The notes below the pieces were generated by a model, which saw only the letters and a program-made list of their open reading frames with translations, was not told the origin of the DNA and did no database searches. A stretch of 64,000 bases of DNA from Gammaproteobacteria bacterium (GTDB lineage Bacteria; Pseudomonadota; Gammaproteobacteria; Burkholderiales; SG8-41): NCBI GenBank assembly GCA_041483135.1, contig JBGPFE010000003.1, positions 72,563 to 136,562 of the forward strand. The letters run 5' to 3'. Position 1 is the first letter of the stretch; every line of letters begins with the position of its first letter. The position numbers and the translations under genes were made by a program. Positions 1 through 9,837 of the stretch are shown piece after piece.

Positions 1-1
1 G

Positions 2-538
2 GACTTCGCCGCGGACACGCGTAGTGCGCTCAAGACCGACGCAGGCCGCAAAGGTCTTGCGAAGGTCAGGGCGATGATGGAACGGCTGGTCAAGGATGAA
101 CGATTCGTCAGCGAGTATTTTCACGCTGGAATGAATCGCGGGCTGTGCAAGATTTACACCGATCCGGAACTCGGCTTCGAGCTCATGACCTATCGTTGGG
201 ACGAGGCGCGCGGCTCGCAGCCGCACGATCACGGTGACTCATGGGCCATCTATGCGCAGGTTAGCGAGTATACGGATATGACCGAATACGAACGCACCGA
301 CGACGGCAAGAGTCGAGAGCGTGCTGCGCTCAAGGTCAAGCGCCAGTACCGGCTGAATCCGGGCCAGGCAGGAATCTACTTCGGGCGCGAGTTGCACTCG
401 ACATCGACCCCGGTCGGCGCGCGTTATCTGCGCATCACCGGCACCGATCTCGAGAACATCGAACGCCTGCGAATCGACGCCGCTACCGGCAAGATCGAGC
501 ACATTCACGGCCGGCAGGTGTCACAAACCAGCGCTTAG
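2..538 (+). CDS. Cysteine-dioxygenase-like cupin protein (5' end truncated by window)
   Basis: Frame is open from base 2 (DFAADTRSALK...) into ORF 74..538. HDHGDSWAIY and ELHS motifs give a 3-His cupin metal site typical of CDO-like proteins. Confidence 0.7.
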   Translation, partial: DFAADTRSALKTDAGRKGLAKVRAMMERLVKDERFVSEYFHAGMNRGLCKIYTDPELGFELMTYRWDEARGSQPHDHGDSWAIYAQVSEYTDMTEYERTDDGKSRERAALKVKRQYRLNPGQAGIYFGRELHSTSTPVGARYLRITGTDLENIERLRIDAATGKIEHIHGRQVSQTSA

Positions 539-560
539 GACGGATTGTTCTGACGCCTGC

Positions 561-1727
561 TCAATAAGATTTCGGCAGGCCGAGCACCTTCTCGGCGATG
601 AAGCAAAGGATCAGCTGCGGGCTTACCGGCACGATGCGCGGGATCAACGACTCGCGCAGGTAGCGCTCGACGTGGAATTCTTTCGCGTAACCCATGCCGC
701 CGTGCGTCATCACCGCCGTCTCGCACGCCCTGAATCCCGCCTCGCCGGCCAGGTATTTCGCGGCATTCGCTTCGGCGCCGCAGGGTTTGCCGCTGTCGTA
801 CAGCGACGCGGCCTTGAACACCAGCAGGCTTGCCGCCTCCAGTTCGATCCAGCGTTGCGCGAGCGGATGCTGGATCGCCTGGTTCTGTCCGATCGGCCGG
901 TTGAATACGATACGCTCCTTCGCATAATCGGCGGCGCGCTTGAGCGCGACTTTGCCAAGTCCGACCGCCTCGGCGGCGATCAGGATGCGCTCGGGGTTGA
1001 GCCCGTGCAGGATGTACTCGAAGCCCCTGCCTTCATCGCCGATGCGGTCCGCGGCCGGCACTTTAAGCCCGTCGATGAATACCTGGTTCGAATCGACCGC
1101 CTTGCGTCCCATTTTCGGAATCACGCGCGCCTCGACGAACTTGCGGTCGACTTCGGTGTAGAACAGGCTCAGGCCCTGCGTCGGCTTCTTGATCTCGTCG
1201 AGCGGGGTGGTGCGCGCGAGCAGCAGCATCTTGTTCGCGACTTGCGCGGTCGAGATCCAGATCTTCTGGCCTGACACGAGGTAGTGGTCGCCCTGTTTGA
1301 CAGCCTTGGTCTTGAGCTGCGTCGTATTCAAGCCGGCATCGGGCTCGGTCACGCAGAAGCACGCTTTGTCGTGGCCGGCGATCAGCGGCGGCAGCCAGCG
1401 GTTTTTTTGCTCGGCGTTGCCGAATACGACGACCGGATTCAGGCCGAAGATGTTCATATGCACCGCTGACGCGCCCGACATGCCGGCGCCGGATTCGGCG
1501 ATCGTCTGCATCATGAGCGCGGCTTCGGTGATGCCGAGGCCGGCGCCGCCGTATTGCTCGGGCATCGCGATGCCGAGCCAGCCGTCGCGCGCGAACGCCT
1601 GGTGAAAATCGGCGGGAAAGCTGCCGTCGCTGTCTTTCCTGAGCCAGTATTCGGCGTCGAAGCCGGCGCAGATTTTCTCGATCGCGGCGCGGATCGCGAG
1701 TTGTTCTTCGGACAGTGAGAAATCCAT
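561..1727 (-). CDS. Acyl-CoA dehydrogenase
   Basis: MDFSLSEEQ start, VTEPDAG, GQKIWIS, FNRPIGQNQAIQH, HGGMGYAKE motifs. Glu is present in LNPER. Confidence 0.95.
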   Translation of the reverse strand: MDFSLSEEQLAIRAAIEKICAGFDAEYWLRKDSDGSFPADFHQAFARDGWLGIAMPEQYGGAGLGITEAALMMQTIAESGAGMSGASAVHMNIFGLNPVVVFGNAEQKNRWLPPLIAGHDKACFCVTEPDAGLNTTQLKTKAVKQGDHYLVSGQKIWISTAQVANKMLLLARTTPLDEIKKPTQGLSLFYTEVDRKFVEARVIPKMGRKAVDSNQVFIDGLKVPAADRIGDEGRGFEYILHGLNPERILIAAEAVGLGKVALKRAADYAKERIVFNRPIGQNQAIQHPLAQRWIELEAASLLVFKAASLYDSGKPCGAEANAAKYLAGEAGFRACETAVMTHGGMGYAKEFHVERYLRESLIPRIVPVSPQLILCFIAEKVLGLPKSY

Positions 1728-1734
1728 GGTCGTC

Positions 1735-2937
1735 TCAGGCCGGCGTCAGCGTGACGCCAGTCGCGATCATCGCATTGATTTCGTTGCCGGCATAGCCGGC
1801 CTCGCGCAGCACCTCGACGCTATGCTCGCCCAGGCGCGGCGCCGGGCGCGGCTCGCCGGGCGGGGACCCGGACCACCTGCTCGGCACCGCCATCGAGCGC
1901 ACTTTGCCTTCGGACGGGTGCTCGACGACCGAAAAAAATCCGGTCTGGTTGAGATGCGGGTCGGCGAGCAGGTCGTCGAGCGAATTGAGCGGCATCACGG
2001 GGATGTCGGCTTGCGATAACGTCGCGAGCCATTCGGCGCTGGTGCGCGTTGCTATCTGCGCGGCGACGAACGCATAGACCTCGGCGATATGCTGCGAGCG
2101 GTTCGCCTGAGTCGAGAACCGTTGATCGCTCTCGAACATGTTTTCACGGCCGAGGATACGAAAGAAATTGCGCCACTGCTTGTCGTTGTAGATCAGCAGG
2201 CACAGGTAGCCGTCTTTGCTCGCATACGGGTTGCGGTGCTCGGCGAGCAGGCGCGTATAACCCATCGGCGCAATCGGCGGTTCGAAAGTTTTACCGCTCA
2301 TGTGGTCGCCGAGCACGAATTGCGTGAGGCTTTCGAACATCGTGACCTCGACTGCCTGCCCCTGACCCGTGCGTTCGCGGTGAAAGAGAGCGGCTGTCAC
2401 TGCGTTGACCGCGTTCAATCCCGTAATGCGGTCGGCGACCGTCGAGGGGACGAAGCGCGGCCGGTCGGCGCCCGCCTGTTCGATGATGGACGGCAGCGCG
2501 ACCATGCCCTGGATCAGATCGTCGTAGGCAGGCTTGGCCGCGTAGGGCCCGTTCTGGCTGAAACCGTAGGCACCGACATAGACGATTTCTGGATTGACCG
2601 CGCGCACGTCGTCGTAAGTGAGCTGCAAGCGCGCCATCGCCTGCGGCCGCACGTTATGGATCAGCACGTCAGCGGTGTTGGCGAGCCGCAGCAGCGCGGC
2701 GCGGCCGGCCGGTTGCTTGAGATCGAGCACGAGCGAGCGCTTGTTGCGATTGAGGTGCAGGAAGATATGTCCCATCCCGGCATGCCGCATGGGCGCGGCG
2801 TGGCGCATATTGTCGCCTTCGCGCGGCTCGACCTTGATCACGTCGGCGCCGAGGTCGCCGAGGATTTGCGTTGCGTAGGGACCGAGAATGACGGTCGTCA
2901 GATCGATGATTCTGATACCGGTAAGCGGACCAGCCAT
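1735..2937 (-). CDS. Family III (CaiB/BaiF) CoA-transferase
   Basis: GPLTGIRIIDLT, LGADVIKVEP, NRNKRSL, PAYDDLIQ, APRLGEH motifs. Start placed at the ATG of MAGPL. Confidence 0.93.
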   Translation of the reverse strand: MAGPLTGIRIIDLTTVILGPYATQILGDLGADVIKVEPREGDNMRHAAPMRHAGMGHIFLHLNRNKRSLVLDLKQPAGRAALLRLANTADVLIHNVRPQAMARLQLTYDDVRAVNPEIVYVGAYGFSQNGPYAAKPAYDDLIQGMVALPSIIEQAGADRPRFVPSTVADRITGLNAVNAVTAALFHRERTGQGQAVEVTMFESLTQFVLGDHMSGKTFEPPIAPMGYTRLLAEHRNPYASKDGYLCLLIYNDKQWRNFFRILGRENMFESDQRFSTQANRSQHIAEVYAFVAAQIATRTSAEWLATLSQADIPVMPLNSLDDLLADPHLNQTGFFSVVEHPSEGKVRSMAVPSRWSGSPPGEPRPAPRLGEHSVEVLREAGYAGNEINAMIATGVTLTPA

Positions 2938-2972
2938 CGTTGCCTGCTGATAAGTGTCTGGAGCGGGGGGGG

Positions 2973-4175
2973 CTAGACCAGCGCGGTACACGCGCGCTGG
3001 ATCCGGCTGCACGCCTCGTGCAGCGTCTCGGTGGAAGCCGAATATGAAATACGGATGTAGGGCGACATGCCATAAGCCTCGCCCTGCAGGACGCCGACGT
3101 CAGCCGTATCGAGCAGATACAGCACAAAATCGAGATCGGTCGCGATGACTTCGCCCCGCGGGGTGCGTTTGCCGATTACGCCGGCGATATTGGGAAACAC
3201 GTAGAACGCGCCTTGCGGCGTGCGGCACGAAATGCCGGGGGCAGCGTTCAGCATGTCGACCACGACGTCGCGTCGCTCGCGAAACAACTGCGCGCGTTCA
3301 GCGAGAAAATCCTGCGGACCGGTCAGCGCTTCGATCGCCGCGGCCTGGCTGATCGACGATGGATTGGTGGTGCTCTGCGACTGCATCTTGAGCATGGTCT
3401 TGATCAATTCCTGCGGGCCGCCGCCATAACCGATGCGAAAGCCGGTCATCGCGTAGGCCTTGGATACGCCGTTCACCGTCAGCGTGCGTGCGTAGAGCGC
3501 CGGTTCGACCTGCGCCGGGGTCGCATTTTTTGCGCCGTCATAAATGATGTGCTCGTACACCTCGTCGGTGAGGATCCAGACCTGCGGATGACGCAGCAAT
3601 ACGTCGGCCAGCGGTTTGAGCTCCGCGGCGGTATAGGCCGCGCCCGTCGGGTTGCACGGTGAATTGAGCATCAGCCACTTGGTGCGCGGCGTTATCGCGC
3701 GCTCGAGATCGGCCGCCTGCAACTTGAAGTCCTGGTCTTCCGGGCAGCCGACCGGCACCGGCGTGCCGCCGGCAAGCAGCACCATGTCCGGATACGACGC
3801 GTAGTAGGGTGCCGGCAAGATGACCTCGTCCCCCGCGGTCACCGTCGCCATCAGTGCATTGAAGATCACCTGCTTGCTGCCATTGCCGACGGTGATCTGC
3901 TCAGGCCTGTATTCGAGGCCGTTCTCACGCCTGAACTTGAGTGCGATCGCATCCTTCAATTCAGGCGTGCCGTCGACGTTGGTGTAGCGCGTCTCGCCGT
4001 TGCGCAGGGCGCGGATTGTCGCCTCGATGATATGGGCCGGTGTTTCGAAATCCGGTTCGCCGATGGTAAGACCGATGATCTTGCGGCCGGCGGCCTGCAG
4101 TTCGCGCACGCGCATCGTCGCCATCGAGCTCGGCGACGGTTTGATACGGTCCATGCGTGGTGCGATGAAACTCAT
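2973..4175 (-). CDS. PLP-dependent class I/II (aspartate-type) aminotransferase
   Basis: GEPDF, NSPCNPTG, DEVYEH, SKAYAMTGFRIG (PLP lysine). Confidence 0.95.
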   Translation of the reverse strand: MSFIAPRMDRIKPSPSSMATMRVRELQAAGRKIIGLTIGEPDFETPAHIIEATIRALRNGETRYTNVDGTPELKDAIALKFRRENGLEYRPEQITVGNGSKQVIFNALMATVTAGDEVILPAPYYASYPDMVLLAGGTPVPVGCPEDQDFKLQAADLERAITPRTKWLMLNSPCNPTGAAYTAAELKPLADVLLRHPQVWILTDEVYEHIIYDGAKNATPAQVEPALYARTLTVNGVSKAYAMTGFRIGYGGGPQELIKTMLKMQSQSTTNPSSISQAAAIEALTGPQDFLAERAQLFRERRDVVVDMLNAAPGISCRTPQGAFYVFPNIAGVIGKRTPRGEVIATDLDFVLYLLDTADVGVLQGEAYGMSPYIRISYSASTETLHEACSRIQRACTALV

Positions 4176-4439
4176 GATCCACTTCTCTAAAGGCCAGCCA
4201 CAGAGGTACGGAGAGCACCGGCAAACACGAAAACAGCGCGGGCAACAACCGATATGCTAGCATCAAACGCCGCCGTTTAATGCCTCATGAAGCCGACCGG
4301 CGCGCGCGGCGTGTTATACTTTTTGCTGGCAAACCTTGCAGTGACAATCAATCATTCCCCGCGCCATGGCGCGTGATACGTGGCGGCCGTAAAGTCCGCG
4401 GTGCAGGCTGATTCATGACGCGACATTCGGTTTCGACCC

Positions 4440-5180
4440 ATGCACATCCTGCTGAGTAACGACGACGGTTACTTTGCCCCCGGCCTCGCGCTACTGGCCG
4501 AAATTCTCGCCCCCCTCGCCAAAGTTACCGTGGTCGCGCCGGAGCGCGACCGCAGCGGAGCCAGCAATTCGCTGACGCTCGACCGGCCGCTTGCAGTGCG
4601 CCGCGCGGGCAACGGCTTCTTCTACGTCAACGGCACTCCCACGGATTGCGTGCACCTCGCGGTGACCGGCTTGCTGGAGAGCCTGCCCGACATCGTGATA
4701 TCGGGCGTCAATCACGGCGCCAACATGGGCGACGACACCATCTATTCCGGCACGGTGGCTGCCGCGACCGAGGGCTTCCTGCTGGGCATCCCGTCGCTTG
4801 CGGTGTCGCTGGTGGCGAGCGGCGGCGATCATGTCGCGACTGCGGCGAGGGTTGCGGCTGACCTGGTGCAGCGCTTCGCGCGCAGTCCGCTCGGGCAGCC
4901 GGCGCTGCTTAACGTCAACGTGCCGGACGTGCCGTACGAAAAACTGCGCGGGGTCGAAGTCACGCGACTTGGCAAGCGCCACAAGGCCGAGCCGGTCGTG
5001 AAGTCGGCGACGCCGCGCGGCGAAACGGTGTACTGGGTCGGTGCCGCCGGCGGCGCTCAGGATGCGGGCGCAGGCACCGATTTCAATGCCGTCGCGCGCA
5101 CCGTGGTTTCAGTGACGCCGTTGCAGATCGATCTTACGCATTATTCGCAACTGCAGACGATCAAGGACTGGATCGCATGA
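4440..5180 (+). CDS. surE: 5'/3'-nucleotidase SurE
   Basis: [29 protein letters not shown]. Lies upstream of pcm-nlpD. Confidence 0.97.
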   Translation: MHILLSNDDGYFAPGLALLAEILAPLAKVTVVAPERDRSGASNSLTLDRPLAVRRAGNGFFYVNGTPTDCVHLAVTGLLESLPDIVISGVNHGANMGDDTIYSGTVAAATEGFLLGIPSLAVSLVASGGDHVATAARVAADLVQRFARSPLGQPALLNVNVPDVPYEKLRGVEVTRLGKRHKAEPVVKSATPRGETVYWVGAAGGAQDAGAGTDFNAVARTVVSVTPLQIDLTHYSQLQTIKDWIA

Positions 5181-5833
5181 GCACGCGGCTGTCCGGCATC
5201 GGCATGACCTCGCAGCGCACCCGCAGGCGCATGATCGAACGTTTGCGCAAGCAGGGGATCGCCGATGAGGCCGTGCTCAACGTGATGTACGAGATCCCGC
5301 GCCATAGTTTCGTCGAGGAAGCACTGGCCAGCCGCGCCTACGAGGACTTTGCATTGCCCCTCGGTTTCGGGCAAACGATCTCACAGCCGTACATCGTCGC
5401 ACGCATGACCGAGCTGCTGACCGCCGGCAAGCCGCTCGGCAAGGTGCTCGAGATCGGTACCGGTTGCGGCTATCAGACGGCGATACTCGCCAGGCTCGCG
5501 AGCGAGGTCTATTCGGTCGAGCGCTTGCTGCCGCTGCTCGCCAAGGCGCGTAAGTACCTGCGCGAGCTGCGCATCACCAACATCCGGCTCAAACATGCCG
5601 ACGGCCATATCGGCATCCCGGAAGGCGCACCGTTCGACGCCATTCTGGTCACGGCGGCGGCGACGCATGTGCCGGAAGCACTGAAAGAACAACTCGCGGT
5701 GGGTGCTAAAATGGTGGTGCCGATGGGCACGCGCGAGCAGCATCTGTGCGTGATCGAGCGCACCACCCGCGGTTTTTCCCAGTCCAAGCTCGATGCGGTC
5801 AAATTCGTGCCGATGCTGTCGGGATTGAGTTGA
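5177..5833 (+). CDS. pcm: Protein-L-isoaspartate O-methyltransferase
   Basis: [37 protein letters not shown] overlap with surE. Confidence 0.97.
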   Translation: MSTRLSGIGMTSQRTRRRMIERLRKQGIADEAVLNVMYEIPRHSFVEEALASRAYEDFALPLGFGQTISQPYIVARMTELLTAGKPLGKVLEIGTGCGYQTAILARLASEVYSVERLLPLLAKARKYLRELRITNIRLKHADGHIGIPEGAPFDAILVTAAATHVPEALKEQLAVGAKMVVPMGTREQHLCVIERTTRGFSQSKLDAVKFVPMLSGLS

Positions 5834-6795
5834 TGCCGAATCCCATGCAATGCCGTAACCACACGTCAGCAACAATAGCGGCTGCGGCCGTGGCGGTGCT
5901 GACGATATATGGTTGTACTTCGACGCGTTATCCGGCACCGGTCAGCGAGCGCACGCCGTCCGCCACTAGACCCTCGGCCGCGCCAGCGCCGGAAACCGCA
6001 GCGCGCGAGCCCGACACGCGTCCCGAGTATTACACCGTCAAAAAGGGCGATACACTATATACGATCGCGCTCGACCACGGTCTCGACTACAAGGATCTCG
6101 CCGAGTGGAATGGAATCGACAATCCGAACGTGATTCGCGTCGGTCAGCAATTGCGGGTAATGCCTCCCGCATCCACTGTGGTTACGTCGCCCCTCAAGAC
6201 CGCACCGGCAATCGAGGGCAGGCCACTCGGCAGCGCGCCGCAGTCGGCGGCAGTCGAGGCGGTCAAGTCGCAGCCCAAGGCGGTCAAGGTTCCGTATTCG
6301 GATCAGGCGCTCGCGCAATTGTCGGGGCAACCGCAGGCGAAGCCCGCGCTGCCGGTGATCGCCAAAGCCGAGCCGCGTCCCGAAGAAAAATCCGCAGCGG
6401 GCGACGATGACGACGAAAAAGTCGATTGGGGCTGGCCAGCGGGCGGCAAGTTGCTCAGCACTTTCACCGAAAACACCAACCTCAAGGGCATCGGCATCGC
6501 CGGCAAGCTCGGCCAGCCGGTGATCGCCAGCGCACCGGGCAAGGTGCTGTACAGCGGCGACGGCATTCGTGGCTACGGCAAACTCGTGATCATCAAGCAC
6601 AACAAGGTGTACTTGAGCGTTTACGCCCACAACAGCCAGCTGCTGGTCAAAGAAGGCCAGACCGTGGTCAAAGGGCAGAAAATCGCCGAGATGGGCAACA
6701 CCGATTCCGACCAGGTCAATCTGCATTTCGAAATCCGGCGCTTCGGCAAGCCGGTCGACCCGATCAAGCTGCTGCCGCCCGGCCACCCGGCGTAA
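5833..6795 (+). CDS. nlpD: LysM/M23 lipoprotein NlpD
   Basis: Lipobox-like IYGC, LysM (YTVKKGDTLY), M23-like C-terminus (YAHN, LHFEIR). Follows pcm. Confidence 0.92.
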   Translation: MPNPMQCRNHTSATIAAAAVAVLTIYGCTSTRYPAPVSERTPSATRPSAAPAPETAAREPDTRPEYYTVKKGDTLYTIALDHGLDYKDLAEWNGIDNPNVIRVGQQLRVMPPASTVVTSPLKTAPAIEGRPLGSAPQSAAVEAVKSQPKAVKVPYSDQALAQLSGQPQAKPALPVIAKAEPRPEEKSAAGDDDDEKVDWGWPAGGKLLSTFTENTNLKGIGIAGKLGQPVIASAPGKVLYSGDGIRGYGKLVIIKHNKVYLSVYAHNSQLLVKEGQTVVKGQKIAEMGNTDSDQVNLHFEIRRFGKPVDPIKLLPPGHPA

Positions 6796-6819
6796 CGCGT
6801 TCCCGCTGCGGGTCGGGGG

Positions 6820-8787
6820 TCAAGCCCTGAATGCCTCGACCGCGTGCTGCAGGCGCGATGCGTCCTCTGCGTGCACGTCGCTGCCGTAGCGCAGGCGGAT
6901 GTAGAGCTCGCTGATAGTACCGATCGGCTGCGCGAGTTCGGGGCGCGCGGCGGCTGCACGCTTGCGAAATGCGTCCGGTCCTTCGCTCGGGTGGCGTGCC
7001 AGGCCGCGGCGCGCGAGGCGTTCGCAAAAGCGCGCGTAGGCGGCAGCGATCGGGTCCGGGCGCATGGCGTGCAGCTTGCGCAGCATCAGCGCCGCGAGTA
7101 CCAGCGTGATGGCGCCGGTCACGATAAACATCACGGTCACCAGGCTTTTCCACGTCGCGTCATCGATACCGACGCGCTGCATCAACTGGCGCTGGCGGTC
7201 GAGCGTGTAGCCGAGCACGGCCTGGTTCCATGAATTCGCCAGCGAGTCCCAGGTGAGGCGTGCACGGTGCAGCCAGCGGTATTCGCCGCGCAACAGGAGC
7301 GGCAGCGCTTCACCTTGCGGCACTCCTGCCGCGACGCCGGCCTCCACGCGCGCCGGCGATACCGCCGCGGTCGGGTCGACGCGCACCCAGCCTTCGGTCT
7401 TGAGCCAGACCTCGGTCCAGGCGTGCGCATCGGCCTGGCGGACTATCATGTAATTGCCGACGGTGTTGAGTTCGCCGCCCTGGTAACCGGTGACGATGCG
7501 CGCGGGGATGCCGGCGGCGCGCATCAGCACAGCGAACGACGATGCATAGTGCTCGCAGAAACCGGCGCGCGTGGTAAACAGAAATTCGTCGACCGCATTA
7601 TTCGGGTCCAGGCGCGTCGTCGTCGTGGTGTAGAAGAAATTCTGGTTGCGGAACATGCTCAGGACCGCATCGATGTAGGCGCGGTCGTCCGCCGACTGTG
7701 TGCGCATGCTGCGCGCCAGTTCGCGGGCGCGAGGATTGGCACGCCCCGGCAGTCGCAAAGCGCGCTGCAATTCGTAGAGCGGCGGCTCGCCGTTATTACG
7801 GTATCTGAGGTGCGATGCCATGTCATAGCGCACGCGGTTCGTGACGGCAGTCTGAAATAACAGCTGGAAGTCGCTGGTTACGACGCTGCGCGGCGGGGTC
7901 TTCGCCGGCAGATCGAGCGCAAACAGCCAGCGTTTGCCGTGCGGCTCGACGGTCACCGTATACTCGACGACGTTGTCGAGAGCCTCGTATTGCCGCTGGC
8001 TCACGTACGGCACCCTGGGCGCGCTCCAGGTATAGCCGTCGAAATCCCACAGTACGGGGCCGCGCCAGTACAGCTGCTGGGTAGGAGGCGGAAGCTGCGA
8101 TTCGAAGGTGACGCGGAACGCCACCGCATCGGACAGGAGCAGATTGCTGACGCTGCCGGGCGTCATTTCGTCCGACAGCCCGGTGACTCCGCCGGCATAA
8201 GCGTCCTGCGGCATGCCCCAGAGCGGTCCCTGCACGCGGGGAAACAGCACGAACAGGGCCAGCATCAGCGGTGCCGCCTGCAGCAACATGATCCCGGCGG
8301 CGCGCAGCTGATATTGATAACCCGGCTGCAGGGTGCGGAACTGGAAGCCGACCATGGTTGCGGTAATGAGCCAGACCACGCCCAGCATGTAGACCGTGGT
8401 CGGGATCGATTGCGAATACAGAAAATTCGTGATCACGAGGAAGTAGGCGATGAAGATCAGGACCATGGCGTCGCGCAACGTCGCCATTTCCATGAGCTTC
8501 AACGCGAGCAGCACGACCAGCAGCGTGACCCCGGAATCGCGGCCGAGAATTCTGCCATAGCTGATGTAGATGCCGCCCAGCGCGCCCGCCACGATCGCGA
8601 GCAGCAGCCATTTTCGCGGCAGTTTCAGCCCGTAGAGCGCGAGGTATATGCGCCAGGCGAACAACGTGACGGCGAGCAACGTGACCCACCACGGCAGGCG
8701 CTCGACGTGCGGTGCGGTAACCAGTGCCAACGACAGCATCAGCCAGCCGCTATGCCGCAGATGGAGTCTGTCCGGAGCCGCCGTCAT
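6820..8787 (-). CDS. Membrane transglutaminase-like protein (DUF3488/TgpA type)
   Basis: Multi-TM N-terminus. Catalytic triad motifs GFCEHYAS, AHAWTEVW, VDPT. Start at MTAAPD overlaps the DUF58 stop. Confidence 0.9.
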   Translation of the reverse strand: MTAAPDRLHLRHSGWLMLSLALVTAPHVERLPWWVTLLAVTLFAWRIYLALYGLKLPRKWLLLAIVAGALGGIYISYGRILGRDSGVTLLVVLLALKLMEMATLRDAMVLIFIAYFLVITNFLYSQSIPTTVYMLGVVWLITATMVGFQFRTLQPGYQYQLRAAGIMLLQAAPLMLALFVLFPRVQGPLWGMPQDAYAGGVTGLSDEMTPGSVSNLLLSDAVAFRVTFESQLPPPTQQLYWRGPVLWDFDGYTWSAPRVPYVSQRQYEALDNVVEYTVTVEPHGKRWLFALDLPAKTPPRSVVTSDFQLLFQTAVTNRVRYDMASHLRYRNNGEPPLYELQRALRLPGRANPRARELARSMRTQSADDRAYIDAVLSMFRNQNFFYTTTTTRLDPNNAVDEFLFTTRAGFCEHYASSFAVLMRAAGIPARIVTGYQGGELNTVGNYMIVRQADAHAWTEVWLKTEGWVRVDPTAAVSPARVEAGVAAGVPQGEALPLLLRGEYRWLHRARLTWDSLANSWNQAVLGYTLDRQRQLMQRVGIDDATWKSLVTVMFIVTGAITLVLAALMLRKLHAMRPDPIAAAYARFCERLARRGLARHPSEGPDAFRKRAAAARPELAQPIGTISELYIRLRYGSDVHAEDASRLQHAVEAFRA

Positions 8788-9746
8788 GGGGCCCCGGTCT
8801 TGAACAACGCGAGCGCTTCCAGGCAGCGCTCGCGCTGCGCATTGCCGGGGGCGGGCGGCAGAGTGACGCCCGGCAGGCGCAAACCGAAACTCAACGCAGC
8901 GGCGTGAGCGTCGATCACCCAGCGCGCGAGCCTGGACAATCTGCCTTCGATACCCAGCGTGTCGGACGTTGCCTGCCAGTCGAGCCACAATTCGGTGTCG
9001 GCACGGCCGCTGAATTGCTTGGTGAGCAATCCCTGGCCGCGCGCGGCGGCTTTCCACGCGATATGCCGCGGTGAATCGCCGGGGTGGTAGGAACGCAGGC
9101 CGGAAAAATCCTCCTGGCCCGACCCGTAGGCAATGCCGGTGCCGGCTTGTGCGTCTGGCAGCGGCAGCGGCACGCGTGCTGCTTCCGGCCGCGGATAGAC
9201 GATGCATTGCATGGCAAGCTCGGCGTAAGCCCAGGCATAGCACAGGCCGAGCGGAAAATTCGTAAACAGCGTCAGTCGCCCGGGGTACAGGATGCCGCGT
9301 TGCGACGCCGGTACCGGCACGCTGACCGTAGCGGACTGGCGCGCGAGCACGTCGGTGTATACGGCATCACGCTTGTCGTGGGTGACGCCGATCGCGTAGC
9401 GGTCGAGCGCGCCGGGGTTATCGATGATCAACGTGAAGTGCGCGATGTCGCCGGCGAACACCGGTTGTACTCTGCCGGCCGCGATCCTGAGCCGGGCGAG
9501 ATTGCGAAAAGTATGGAGTATCGAGTTGATGCCAAGCGCGGTGAGCAGAAACGTGAGTATGAAACCGAGGCTCAGGTTGTAATTGATCGAACCGGTCAGC
9601 ATCATGATCAACGCGACGACATAAATCATGCCGTAGCGCGAGGGCAGGATGAAAATGCGCCGTTGCACCAGCACGATGTGGCCCGCTTCGGGGCCGCGCC
9701 ACTGGAACAGCCAGGTCGCGAAGCGGTTTTTGAGTGCCAGCAGCAT
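8784..9746 (-). CDS. DUF58 domain protein
   Basis: EDFSGLRSYHPGDSPRHIAWKAAAR motif. Sits between the MoxR ATPase and the transglutaminase. Confidence 0.9.
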   Translation of the reverse strand: MLLALKNRFATWLFQWRGPEAGHIVLVQRRIFILPSRYGMIYVVALIMMLTGSINYNLSLGFILTFLLTALGINSILHTFRNLARLRIAAGRVQPVFAGDIAHFTLIIDNPGALDRYAIGVTHDKRDAVYTDVLARQSATVSVPVPASQRGILYPGRLTLFTNFPLGLCYAWAYAELAMQCIVYPRPEAARVPLPLPDAQAGTGIAYGSGQEDFSGLRSYHPGDSPRHIAWKAAARGQGLLTKQFSGRADTELWLDWQATSDTLGIEGRLSRLARWVIDAHAAALSFGLRLPGVTLPPAPGNAQRERCLEALALFKTGAP

Positions 9747-9748
9747 GC

Positions 9749-9837
9749 GGGTGATGGGTGATGAGCGATCGGTAATGGGTTTAAGGCAATAGCGGCTTGC
9801 GCTTTGCCAATTGCCCATCACGCATTACTCATTACGG
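9749..9837. repeat. Palindrome built of 7-nt periodic units
   Basis: Left arm GGGTGAT GGGTGAT GAGCGAT CGGTAAT. Right arm ATTGCCC ATCACGC ATTACTC ATTACGG (inverted units). Confidence 0.75.

Noticed and set aside
561-1727. ACAD as a 3-sulfinopropionyl-CoA desulfinase
   Set aside because: It retains Glu in LNPER, where I recall desulfinases having Gln.
4195-4235. CCACAGAGGTACGGAGAGCACCGG...CACGAAAAC, a possibly decayed periodic repeat
   Set aside because: Too degenerate, single copy, no inverted arm.
4327-4340. TGGCAAACCTTGCA as a sigma54 promoter
   Set aside because: The GG-to-GC spacing is 8 nt instead of the required 10.
8788-9243. N-terminal extension of the transglutaminase ORF (likewise extensions at 5746, 34460, 54808, 62410)
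   Set aside because: They overlap neighbouring real genes. Family-typical starts lie downstream.
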